This document shows positions 33,647 to 45,081 of a stretch of DNA of 64,000 nt, piece after piece. The translations under genes were made by a program, and so were the position numbers. The notes beneath the pieces were generated by a model. It was not told where the DNA came from. It made no database searches and saw only the letters and a program-made list of their open reading frames with translations. The stretch lies in contig JAUCBJ010008878.1 in assembly GCA_032718475.1 (NCBI GenBank), positions 1-64,000 on the forward strand, in the 5' to 3' direction. Position 1 is the stretch's first letter. Each line of letters begins with the position of its first letter. The stretch is from Nemertoderma westbladi. Its lineage: Eukaryota > Animalia > Xenacoelomorpha.

Positions 33647-34297
33647 GGCCCCCCTCACACGGAGCAACTTGTTTCTGCAACTTGTTGCTGGACCCCCTCA
33701 CACACAGAAACTGGTTGCTGCAACTTGTTTCCGAAACTTGTTTCTGTGTGTGAGGACTCCAGCAAAAAGTTTCTGCAACTTGTTTCCGCAACTTATTTCT
33801 GTGTGTGAGGGAGTCCAGCAACAAGTTGCTGGAAGTTATATTCCCAGCAACTTTTTGAAAAACTTTTATTACATTTCATTTTGATACTAGCTAATATTAG
33901 ATAATTTGAGTGATGTGATATTATATACAAATGACTGGACATGTTAGCTATTTATTTGGAAATAATTGTTATTTTCTTCAGCAACAAGTTTCTGTGTGTG
34001 AGGGGGTCCAGCAACAAGTTTCTGTGTGTGAGGGGGTCCAGCAACAAGTTTCTGTGTGTGAGGGGGTCCAGCAACAAGTTTCTGTGTGTGAGGGGGTCCA
34101 GCAACAAGTTTCTGTGTGTGAGGGGGTCCAGCAACAAGTTTCTGTGTGTGAGGGGGTCCAGCAACAAGTTGCAGAAACAAGTTTCGGAAACAAGTTGCTA
34201 AAACAAGTTGCAGCAACAAGTTTCTGTGTGTGAGGGGGTCCAGCAACAAGTTTCAGAAACAAGTTGCAGAAACAAGTTGCTCCGTGTGAGGGGGGCC
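33647..34297. mobile_element. Harbinger/Tourist-like MITE with internal 30-bp tandem array
   Basis: TIR ggcccccctcacacggagcaacttgtttctgcaacttg and its reverse complement; TTA TSD on both sides; cagcaacaagtttctgtgtgtgagggggtc x6 at about 33979-34170. Confidence 0.9.
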
Positions 34298-35022
34298 TTA
34301 ATGTTATGTTAATATATTTACTAGTCAGCATACAACATCTGCAACAGACCAACTTGAAAATTTTTTATACATGTTGAAAATGAATCGAATTCAGTAGCTA
34401 GTTATGGTATTATTTGGTGTAAACGCAATTAATGTTATTGTACTGTAGAATAACTTTTAACCAAACACTTAAACCGTTTAACAAGTGTGTACTTGATGGT
34501 GAAGAAAGATTTAAGGCATTAAAATGCTTTAATGTTAGATCTAAGACGAGTATTCCACACTATAGTTATGTAATTTTGACGGTAAAGTTCTGTCTAAGGC
34601 TACAAAATTGCCAGGTAATTTCCCTTGACGACAATGTGAAGGTCCTTTGAGTAATTGTATTCCAGAACTTTACTGAACAAATGTTCACTACTCTCATATG
34701 GAACTCATTTTCATGAATGTTGCTGATACATTTGCAATCGGTAGTATTTCCATTAAATTGAAAAATATCTCTTTAAGAAATAACCCAACACACAAGAAAT
34801 ACCCCACCCAACACACAAGAAATAACCCAACACACTAGAAATAATCACCAATATCCACCAATTATGATGCATGTGATCCACCAATAACTTCCATTGATTC
34901 AATGCGAAAATAACATTTTGGGAAAATGGGGGTAAATGACTGAGATTACAGTATATCAGTCAGATATTATAATAGAATTATCGTTATTGTTATTATAATT
35001 GTTTATTGTTAATTTTATTGTT

Positions 35023-35190
35023 AATAAAAACCTTCAGCGAATAAAACTATAATAATCACTTCTGCCTTATCCTTCAACAAATTAACCTAATGTAATAACC
35101 TCGGCCTGCGGGATCGGTAATATACAGGTTAATTTGCTTCTGGAACGGCATCAGTGATTATTCAGTTTTATTCGCTTCAGGTTATTATTT
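35023..35190. repeat. Palindromic element with cctcggcctgcgg centre
   Basis: aacc..agcgaataaaact..aataatcact / agtgattatt..agttttattcgct..ggtt. Confidence 0.75.
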
Positions 35191-35634
35191 CCGTATATCA
35201 ACTCCAGAACATTGCAATATTGTATGTATATTGATAGCCTGAAGGACTATATTAATCGCACGAAAGACAGTAGCATATCCTATATATCTTCTCTTTGTTT
35301 ATGGGTGCCGACCTTCACTTTCTCCTTTATTTACATTGATTCATCATGGTTATCTACACCTCAATAATGATATATTGTTAGTTATATTTCCTGGTATTCT
35401 TGGAAAACAGTCGAGAAGGAAATAGAATTACCCTCTGGGCATTTATCATCATAGCTGAAACTCACACCCAAGCGATTGAATTAAACCGTGCTAAGCACGA
35501 TGAAATGGAGCTCTGACAATTCATTCCCGAGCGGCGGACAGAGGAAATGTAAATGTCTTAGAATTTATAATTAACATTTTTAACATTCACCAGCCACAAA
35601 TAATTGCTGCAGGAACTCGAGCAGAGCTCCAGTG

Positions 35635-36536
35635 CAGGGCTCCCACCAGTGCTGAACAAAATAAAAACGCAGAGGGTTCAAAATAACGCAGCGTATTTTA
35701 GTATTTTAAGAGAGAGGGGGGTGGATGGGAGGGGGGATCGGGCCCCGTATTTTGAAAATGTTAAAATTTTTTATGATGATATCCTGTGCCGAATTTAATG
35801 GAGATTTAAAATCTACAAGCATTTTTCAAATGTTTAAGGCCATTTCATCAGAATGGCTCCCAAAGTAAAGAAGATACTGTATGAATAAAATTGCTAAAAG
35901 TTATTGTCGAAACATGAAAGATCCTATTATCTGTATTTTTCCTTCATCGTTAAACCCATTTTTCTCAGAATCTATTTCTATTTCTTAAACAATTCTGACT
36001 GAAAACACAAAACGGCGCTTTTGAGCACTCTTGTTTATAAAATGGCCGAAGCTCAATTTCAGCCAACATTGCTTTATGGCACTGGATATACATACATAAT
36101 AATAATGATTTGAACCGATTCATAAAAAAAATGACACTGAATAAAACACAGATTGAAAAATTGTTCGATAAGGTGCAGTATTTTGTATTGCCTTTGGGAC
36201 AAAAAATAATTACAAACGTTTGGAGTCGCTAAATTAAATTTTAGTTACTCCTCTTCACTTAAGCACCAATAAAAGCTAAATATTATATTATTCAGCAAAT
36301 GCATTGGTATATGTGGAGGGTTGGGGTGGGGTACACATGCAACTTATACAATAATTTATTATACCGCCACAGCTATAATTTCAGTTACAACTTACAAGGT
36401 TTATAAATTTCATGTCTATTAAATGGAAAATCTTAAAATAACGCAATTTTCATGGTTTTTGCTCAATAATAGTTGAATAACGCAAAATTTTGGAAATAGC
36501 GCGACGCGTTAAAATAACGCAGTGGTGGGAGCCCAG
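35635..36536. mobile_element. hAT-like MITE
   Basis: TIR cagggctcccaccagtgc / gcagtggtgggagcccag; partial TSD ctccagtg / ctccataa; subterminal aaataacgca repeats. Confidence 0.7.
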
Positions 36537-36908
36537 CTCCATAAAATTTCATTCACAATCATAATCCAGCACTACAGTAGCTTCGGTCTTGATAAAAACC
36601 TGACAAATCGTGCAAAACACAACACACTCGGACAGAATAATTGAATCAATTAAAATTAGTGATAAAAGTGCTTCTTTCCGAAACTTATTTTCTCATTGAA
36701 GAACATTCATAACTTCTAATTCAAAAATATCTTCTGGCTCTAGCCGATAAATAATACGTTGAAAATAACTCTAGGCCTCCTATCCTGACTATATTTTTAT
36801 CATTGCAAACACCAATTTCACATTTATAGTTCTTTCAGCTTGCACAATCAGTGGATTAATCAAATCAATAACTAGAACGCCATCAAGATGGCTTTAAACG
36901 AACCTGTA

Positions 36909-37380
36909 GTTGGTATCTTTCAGCATCTCCAACATCTCTACGAGATCAAACCACAGTAAGTAAAATAGAGGATGGTCTAACACATCTCTACGAGATCAAA
37001 CCACAGTAAGTAAAATAGAGGATGGTCTAACACATCTCTACGAGATCAAACCACAGTGAGTAAAATAGAGGATGGTCTAACACATCTCTACGAGATCAAA
37101 CCACAGTGAGTAAAATAGAGGATGGTCTAACACATCTCTACGAGATCAAACCACAGTGAGTAAAATAGAGGATGGTCTAACACATCTCTACGAGATCAAA
37201 CCACAGTGAGTAAAATAGAGGATGGTCTAACATCTCTACGAGATCAAACCACAGTAAGTAAAATAGAGGATGGTCTAACACATCTCTACGAGATCAAACC
37301 ACAGTGAGTAAAATAGAGGATGGTCTAACACATCTCTACGAGATCAAACCACAGTGAGTAAAATAGAGGATGGTCTAACA
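36909..37380 (-). repeat. Nine tandem 50-bp units that are the reverse complement of ARM-TIR pseudogene coding sequence
   Basis: Unit catctctacgagatcaaaccacagt(a/g)agtaaaatagaggatggtctaaca from 36933 (unit 6 is 48 bp); its reverse complement matches 37382-37431. Confidence 0.93.
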
Positions 37381-37381
37381 C

Positions 37382-37770
37382 TGTTAGACCATCCTCTATT
37401 TTATGCACTGTGGTTTGATCTCGTAGAGATGTTGGAGATGCTGAAAGATACCAACGACTTATTCGGTATGGGATTAGATAGGTCCAGGGAGGTTGAAATC
37501 ACTTCAGGGAAATCCACTTCTAATAAACTTTTAACAGGTTCTGAATTGAGCTCAGCTTGGCTTCAAGAAGCGAGAAATTTAGGAACGTTTTGGTGAATCA
37601 GTCTGTTATCTAGCGTTGTTTGGAAGACCTAAATGCAATCGATGCAAGTTTATACTCTTTGAAGACAGTCAGAGATGTTATGGCTGGAAATATATTTCTA
37701 CTGTAATTGGATGTTTGGTAAAAAAAGATAAGTCGTGCAAGATAAATATGCAACGAGGGTGATATTGTTC
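37382..37770 (+). pseudogene. ARM-TIR copy 3, N-terminal fragment
   Basis: LDHPLFYALWFDLVEMLEMLKDTNDLFGMGLDRSREVE aligns to LNQPIFHLLWKDLIELLETVNDANNLLDMGLDKSRVIE; near-identical DNA caagtttatactctttgaagacagt.agagatgt.atggctggaaatatatttcta; several frameshifts. Confidence 0.9.
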
Positions 37771-39234
37771 GAGTATACGAGTGTTCGAAAAACCCTCCGA
37801 ATACAGACAATTTTAAATACAGGAATGAGTTATGACATTCTGCCGTTGTATCCGTTTTATTTTCAAGGTGGGTACTGCCAGACTGCATAAGACAAAAACA
37901 CTTAACTGAGTTTAAGTGGCCTCGTTTGGCTCTACAGCCATATGGATATGTATGAAAAGTATTAGAAAAAACGTATGAGAGTACAGTATGCTCTATCCAA
38001 TGATATTTAACACACCCCCTAGTAACTACAGCATACTAAAAGCGCATACAAAAAACCTTTGGGGGTTGATATCTCAGAATTTGGTTTTTGGAGTTACGTG
38101 CCTTAACCTTTCGAGGGCAGCTCTGTCTGCCGCTCAGGGGGCGAATTGACAGAAACGTAAAAGTAGCTGTAATAGAACCAATCAGACACATCTGAAAATT
38201 GGAGTAGTGACCTACGATCATTGCTTAAATAGAACGGGTAGAGACAATCTAACGAAGTAATAGACCAAATTTTAGTACTCGGATTACAACTTCCTCGGGT
38301 TAGCTGAGTTTCGTGCTGCGCGAAGCGAACGTGGATACTAACGTATTAAATCGAAGTGTATCAGCTTAGGGTACCATTATCTCAAACTCGGTGTCTGTCG
38401 GTCAATCTTTGGACGCTTATTTCTCAGCAATGGCTTGGTCAAATTTTTTGAAATTTTGTATGTGTGTAGTATACAAAAAGTTTAAAAAGTTTCGAGAATT
38501 TTGATGTAGCATATCAAGGATAACCAGTGACCATGCCATAACAAAAGTTACGTGACACAACACTAATTGTGATAAAACTTCGATAATGTTTTTAGTATTG
38601 TACGTTTCAGAGAATGACTGCTGGCGCTAGGCAGATAGTGGAACTCCAGACTACAATCGAGCGGAGGACGCTTTCGGAGGAGCGGGGTCGGTTTATGGAG
38701 GCCAGAATTATACATATTGTTCGGCCATCAAAAATATAAGAAATCTAAGGAGGGAGCTTTTGCTCAGGCTTCGAAAAAGTCTAAACTTAATTATAATACA
38801 ATGATATATTTAATGTAAGTATTTCATTCCATATAATAATTGTTATCGATTTAATTCTTTAGTGATTTAAATTTATGTAAACTAACAGGACGTCTAGCAG
38901 ACAGTTATTATGAAATTATGCCATGCGGGAGCCGGATTTCAAAATGCTCTTATCGGTAGATTTTTTAAATTAAAAGTATGCTTTTATTTCGTGTGTATAT
39001 ACTAAATTATGTTCGTTTGTGTGAGTTCAGTATGTTTTAGTGGCAAAATATTTTATATGTTTTCGTTTATGAACAAATTAGTATTTTATACTATACTATA
39101 CTAGCAACTAAGGAGCCAAGTAACAATAAAATAATATGTTCACAGTTAATTATAAAAAAAACATTTTTCAAGCACTCAACTCTACATTACGGAGGCCCGA
39201 TTTCCCAGGAACCTACTGTAATAGACATTCACTG

Positions 39235-39525
39235 GCCCATGTGAAGAATACCAGACTTTCTGCCGTTATATTTCACGTCTCAGTTACCCCCATGTGAAGA
39301 ATACCAGGTATCCACAGGTTACAGAAGGGCTGCATCTAACCAAAACAATAAACAAAATAGTATATGTACAGGTTAAAGACAGAAATAAGCGCTATAAAAG
39401 GCCCATGTGAAGAATACCAGGTTTTAACCAACAATACAGGTTACAGAAGGACTGAATCTAACCAAAACAATAAACGAATTAGTATATGTACAGGTTATAA
39501 GACAGAAATAAGCGCTATAAAACAC
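39235..39525 (+). repeat. Local duplications (cccatgtgaagaataccag x3; unit of about 120 bp x2)
   Basis: Read directly; related acaggttacag...taaccaaaacaataa sequence also occurs near 44097 and 44548. Confidence 0.7.
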
Positions 39526-39849
39526 TTAATAAACATATGTATTTAATAAAAAAATGAAAAATCTTCATATATAAAATTCCAATAAAATGTCGACCGAAAA
39601 GTGAAATCCTGGTATTCCCCCCTGAAACAAAAGCTATAAATAATGAGGTGTTGATGTTGAATATTGCAAAATAAGTAATAATGGTAATATAAACAGATTT
39701 TAACTTAAAGCCTATTCAATGCAATGCACCTAGTATAACTGGACAAGAGACATCATTGAAACCCTGTCACGCATGAAAAATTTCCGTGGTCAAAAATATT
39801 TTTTGCAATTTTAAAATATTATCACAAATAACTACTTCTTTTACAAAAA

Positions 39850-40010
39850 GAAAGTAACTATTTTTTGTCCGACTTTTTTTATCTGCATTTTCGAGGAATA
39901 TATAGTAGAATGTGCATATTTTTCCCGAGGCGTAGCCGAGAAATAAATGCACATTCTACTATTTCGAGGAAATGCCGATTAAAAAATAGACTGACAAAAA
40001 ATAGTACTTT
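39850..40010. repeat. Palindromic element with ccgaggcgtagccgag centre
   Basis: aaagta.ctattttttgtc...atagtagaatgtgcat / atgcacattctactat...gacaaaaaatagtacttt. Confidence 0.8.
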
Positions 40011-40032
40011 GCAAAAATTCAAAACATCTGGA

Positions 40033-40372
40033 AATTGGTTCCCCCAAGCTTGACACTAGAACAAAGCCGCCTCAGCTTTGCAGGAGATTGCTTTCGCCGT
40101 AAGGACCAGCCAGTGCATAATCTTGAGCTTTGGCAGCCTCATGGAGTTAATAAGCATGGTGGACAGCCCATGACTTTCTTGTGACGCATCTTAAAGGACA
40201 CTGGCCTTGAAAATGCAAATGATCTAGCAAATGTCATGGGTGATAGGGAGTTGTGGCGGCGCAATTTTGTCGACAAGCCGGCACAGAATTTTTAATATAT
40301 ATGTAATATATATATATAATGCAGCTGCAATGCAGCATGTCGATTGTAGTAGTAGTAGTATTAGTAGTAGTG
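40033..40372 (+). mobile_element. 3'-end fragment of the same RTE-like LINE family with (GTA)n tail
   Basis: Matches 17285-17441, continues aaaggacactggccttgaaaatgc..., and ends in tgtagtagtagtag. Confidence 0.88.
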
Positions 40373-41114
40373 ACAAAAGTTAACTAAACCCAAATAAATA
40401 AATATAAATGACAAGTTAACTAATTATTTCAACTAATTTTGAGGTGCTTAGTTAAATAATAGTTGAAAACTCTTAACTATATATATACCAACATTTTGAA
40501 TATTTCAGGTAACCATAGCAACGGTTGCTATTTCCCTTTCGCAACACCTCACAAACTATATTGAATATGACTTTTCATATGATTAGCAATATGTTAATTT
40601 AGCATTAACAATTGGTGTTATTACTTGTTATTGTTTAGAGAGCATTCAGTCGATATTCTCGACGAGATGGTTCAGAACAGTCAAAGGACTAGGGAACGGA
40701 CATAGAAAACCCGTCAATTCAGCATTCGGAATTTAGTTAGATTTTAGTTGAAAGTCAACTATTTTTTTTAAAAATCCCGTTAACTAGGTAAATTCGCAGT
40801 GACAAGTTAAATAAAACCACTTTAACTAAATAACATCAAATGACAACTGAACAGCATTGAGTAGAGTAATCAGTGATTCATACTAAGTGGTGTTGAAGTG
40901 GTTTGGTGTCTTGGAACTAGTGATCGTAAATAAGGATGAAATACACTTTTCCGGAAATTTTCGGAAACTTCTTTGAAAAAACATATCTCTGGAAAACTCA
41001 CGTCCCTAGTAAATAATCACTTATTTTTCACACTAAAAGTAAAAAGTCCAATAATAACAAAGATATATATAGTAAAAAATAGTTCAAAACAAATACAACA
41101 ATATTGTTGCCGGT

Positions 41115-41880
41115 AAATTTAAGATTTATGAACAGAATCATTGTGCCTCTTAAGGTCATGCCTATTAGAAATTTGTTTATGACAGATAGAACAATCATAT
41201 TTATAGTACCCTCTATGAACAAAAGGCGGGGTAGTTCAGTTGGTTGAGCGCCGGGCCTGCAATCTATTCGTTGTAGGTTCAGCCCCGCCAGGGTCACTTC
41301 GGCCTTTCATCCACTGGGGTCGATAAAATTAGTACCAGTTAAATAACTGGGAGCAAATCTTGGGATAGGAGTAGCGCCCACCCCTACCATCGGGTAGCAG
41401 CAATCGAAAGAGGAGCCTTCGGGTCGCCTCCGGCTTCGGCGGACTGTTTGCTTTTTTTGCTATGAACAAACTTGATGTGGTGGTTTAGATAGCATTGCTG
41501 ACTGAATTCTTTATTACAATAACCGCAGTTATATTTGATACCTTTATGGATAGAGTCAAAATGTTGTTTTAGATTGGATTTTCTAGCAAATGATTTTCCA
41601 CAATCGTTGTACTTGATTTGATATCGTTATAAAAGTAGTTGTGATGAGTGTTTAGATATATACCCTTTTTTGGTTGAATTCTTTATTACAATAACAGCAC
41701 TTATATTTTATAAGTTTATGGATAGCGCTATGCATATTCACATAACTCTTCTTTGTAAACAGTTTCTCACAAAATAATCGCATTTATACTCATTCTTTGC
41801 GTCTTTGTGTACAGATTTTATATGTCTCTCTAAATTTTCTCTGCCATTAAATAATTGAAATGAAAACAGGAACTGGTATC
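41115..41880 (-). pseudogene. Decayed C2H2 zinc-finger array (about 6 fingers), split by a SINE
   Basis: Manual - strand translation: RENLERHIKSVH, YKCDY/CEKLFTKKSYVNMHSAIH, YKCCYCNKEF, DCGKSFARKSNLKQHFDSIH, YNCGYCNKEFSQQCYLNHHIKFVH, [SINE], YDCSICH/KFSNRHDLKRHNDSVH; frameshifts present. Coding-like sequence may extend to about 42300. Confidence 0.85.
41224..41459 (+). mobile_element. tRNA-derived SINE with Nin-like central domain
   Basis: Head ggcggggtagttcagttggttgagcg...ctgcaa...gtaggttc; core ggcctttcatccactggggtcgataaaattagtacc; TSD ctatgaacaaa at 41213-41223 and 41460-41470. Confidence 0.88.
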
Positions 41881-42763
41881 TGGAGAAAATTGGAACTCCC
41901 CAACAGCTTTACTAGAACTACCGGAATCTGTTGTTGCACAACTGATTGTCGGTTTAGTAGCGCTGCAAAGATCAACGTTGTCAGTGTCACGAGAGGTACC
42001 GGTACCTGCAGTATTACATTGTTTTCTAACAGTTTGAGTTTCTGCTAATGGATCAACAACTAAACAATCTTCAGATTTTACACTGATAAATAGCAACCCA
42101 CATGCTGAATGTTAAATATAAATGTCTGTAACTCCAATTCCAATAGGCTCACTATACGTATACGAACAGTCTAGGCTGTCGTTTTCCCGTCTTTCAACAA
42201 CAAAATATCTTTGTCATCCAAGTTCAGGGACAACATCTAGTGCACTGAAAAATTGCTCTGATCTTCGATAGGAGATACGTAAACGAAGTTCTCCTGTTTC
42301 ACTGTATAATTATAAAGAAAGAACCAACAGAAATTATAATTATAAAGAAAGAACCAACAGATCTTACCTTACACCCTCTTCCAAGCGGAATTGTGGGGAA
42401 ATTATGTTGGTTCTTTCTTCAGAATTAACAGTTTGTTGGTTCTCTCTATAATTATACAGTCTGTAGGTTCCTCTATAATTTTACAGTCTGTAGGTTCTCT
42501 CTGTACAATTAAACAGTTTGTTGCTTTTTTATTTATACTGGCACCAGTTGATTTCTCTTTCAATATATTAATTTGTTGATTCATTATCAAATCTTTAATG
42601 AAGAGTTACTATATCAATAAATTACAATATATACCGATACAAATGATTATATACCAATCCTGAAATTATAGATAGGAAGTCCTGGAATATATATATATAG
42701 TGACTTAATACAGCAAATAGCAAAGTATATAATATAATCGGATACGGTACAGTAGGTGGGTTC

Positions 42764-43864
42764 TATCACATTTGATGCACAGTGACAAACACCTTTCCCC
42801 AGTGGCCATTTTTGACCCAATTTGTCTCAAATTTTACCAGGACACTCTCTGACCTATCCTATGTGTAACTTCATAGAAAAAAAAATTTTAAATTAGGCGA
42901 TTTTCCGCTTCGAGCAGCACGATAGAAAATCATTTATGGATTTTTTTCGAAAAGTAAATTTTTGCCTATTTTCAAATGTGCACTATTTCCTCAATTTTCC
43001 TTTAATTTGCCGGAAAATCTACAGACAGACACTCCAGGTCGTGTATTTAATGTGATGTAAATTTTACGGCTGCAGAGGACGATGTGCCCTTCGCGCAGCA
43101 CGTGAAAAACTGTATTATCTTCGAGGACGTCTCGTTCTCTACGTTCTCTAAATAATATATATTAACATTATAATTATGTTGTGAGTTACATTACAGTCAT
43201 TTCAGCATTTGTTTTGGCATTTTATATTAAGTCAGTAATTATTATTCATGTAATAGATAATTAATAATTTTTAATAAAAGTTTTTTTTAGTTATATAATT
43301 ATGTAATTTATAAGGCCTACTAAGTAATATTTAATTAATCAATCATTTTTAGTACGTTTTTTTAAGTCAACCTCAAATTATTATTAAGCAATTATTATAT
43401 TACAGTGCATATTTTTAGGAATTATGGCATTTTGTACAATAATAAATCAATTTGCAGTTTGTGCCATTTATTAATACATAGTTAATTAGCAGTTTTAGTT
43501 AATTAGGTAATTATATGCAATATTACACTGCAATGTATGCTAATCATGTATTGTATTATTACTACTATTAATAAATAAATAAAACGTTAATAACTAAACT
43601 TTCAAATAATTAGATTTCTTAATTATGGCATAGAGGAATCAACAAACTTTGAAAAGGAGTGGTTTGCTGTGGACGTACAGACGTAGCTGAATCAAGAAAC
43701 TTTTGAAAAAAGTATAAGTGGTTCGCCATGGGCATAGGGGAATCATCAAAGTTTGAAAAAAAAGTATAAGTGGTTCGCCACGGGCATAAAAAGTATAAGT
43801 GGTTCGCCACGGGCATAGGGGAATCGATCACAAAATTTCTTACCACTGTGCCTCAAATGTGATA
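42764..43864. mobile_element. Non-autonomous DNA transposon with 21-bp TIRs
   Basis: tatcacatttgatgcacagtg / cactgtgcctcaaatgtgata; three subterminal gtataagtggttcgcca.gggcata repeats. Confidence 0.7.
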
Positions 43865-44170
43865 TTACCTAGTAGGTGTTGGGGAAGGGAGGGGGGGGGG
43901 GGGGGGGGGGTATGGACGGAATCCAAATGTAATCCTCCCCTGGGGTGATCGATGCAAATAAGAGTTGATTGATTACGAGAAAATTGAAACTGTCACCTGT
44001 TCCTTTTCCGAGACAGGGGGGAAACTGGACGCAAATCCCATCTTGGCGAATTAATATCCAGCCTCAATGTTAAAATCTCAATTTAGGGAAAGAAGCAGGT
44101 TACAGTGGTACGTTATTTTAACCAAAACAATAAAATAAACACAATATAGAACAGGTTACAGTTCTATTTT

Positions 44171-45081
44171 TGGGGTCCTACGAATTACCCAAAAAAAACA
44201 ATATTACCCAAAAATACACAAAAAAACACAAAAAAATACAAAACATTACACAAAAAAACACAATAGGCCTATTGCTATTACCCAAAAAAACTACCCAAAA
44301 AGACAAAAAAAAATGTTTTTCATAAACAATGTATCTACTATAAGATTTAGGTTAATTCAGTAATTGTAAGAAGAGTTTCACTTTTCAGTTTTCACTTTTT
44401 TCAAAATATTACATTTTGTTCATTTGAAGATTCCTTTAGGCTAGGCTAATGACCTACTGCCACCGGTTTACCGGTAAGCCTACCCACCCAGCAGCACAGA
44501 CTGCCAGACAGCATTCAAATTCAGATTTCTTAATTAATGGAAAGGAGCAGGTTACAGCATACAGTAGCAGGCTTTTCTAACCAAAACAATAAACGATAAC
44601 CAAAGAACACATGTTACAGTCTTATTTTTCCAACCGGCTGATGGTTGGCAGTTGGCAAGGCTACATACTGAGCTACCACAGTACCAGCCTATGGTACGGT
44701 ACCGCTACCGGTACCGGTCAGCCGGACTGACTTAGCTGATTTGGACATCGTATTGCAGTATTGATGCATGGCCTATTCAATACACAATAGCCTATCTAAC
44801 CTAACCAAAATACTAAATCGCACTACCGAAACACATAGGAACCCTACGCCTATAGGCCTAACAGTCTGACAGTATACAGGTATAGGCCTAACTTATCAGT
44901 TTATACCTTTTTATAGGATATAAATTATTTTTGTCTTTTTGGGTAAGTTTTTTGGGTAGGGCCTAATATTGTGTTTTTTTGTGTTTTTTTTGGGGAAATT
45001 TTTGTGTTTTTTTGTATTTTTTTTGTGTATTTATGGGTACCGGTAATTTTGTGTTTTTATGGGTAATTCGTAGGACCGCTA
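44171..45081. mobile_element. MITE with A-rich/T-rich inverted arms
   Basis: ggtcctacgaattaccca / tgggtaattcgtaggacc; nested inside an outer inverted pair ggggaaactggacgcaa (about 44018) / ttgcgtccagttcccc (about 45141). Confidence 0.7.

Noticed and set aside
33931-34352. Several repetitive ORFs (QQQVSVCEGV and others)
   Set aside because: Stop-free frames of the 30-bp array inside a MITE.
36933-37380. CRISPR-like array
   Set aside because: Units are head-to-tail with no unique spacers, there are no cas genes, and the unit derives from the neighbouring pseudogene.
41224-41300. tRNA-Cys-like gene
   Set aside because: It is the head of a SINE with body, tail, TSD and a second copy at 7140-7370; the cloverleaf is imperfect.
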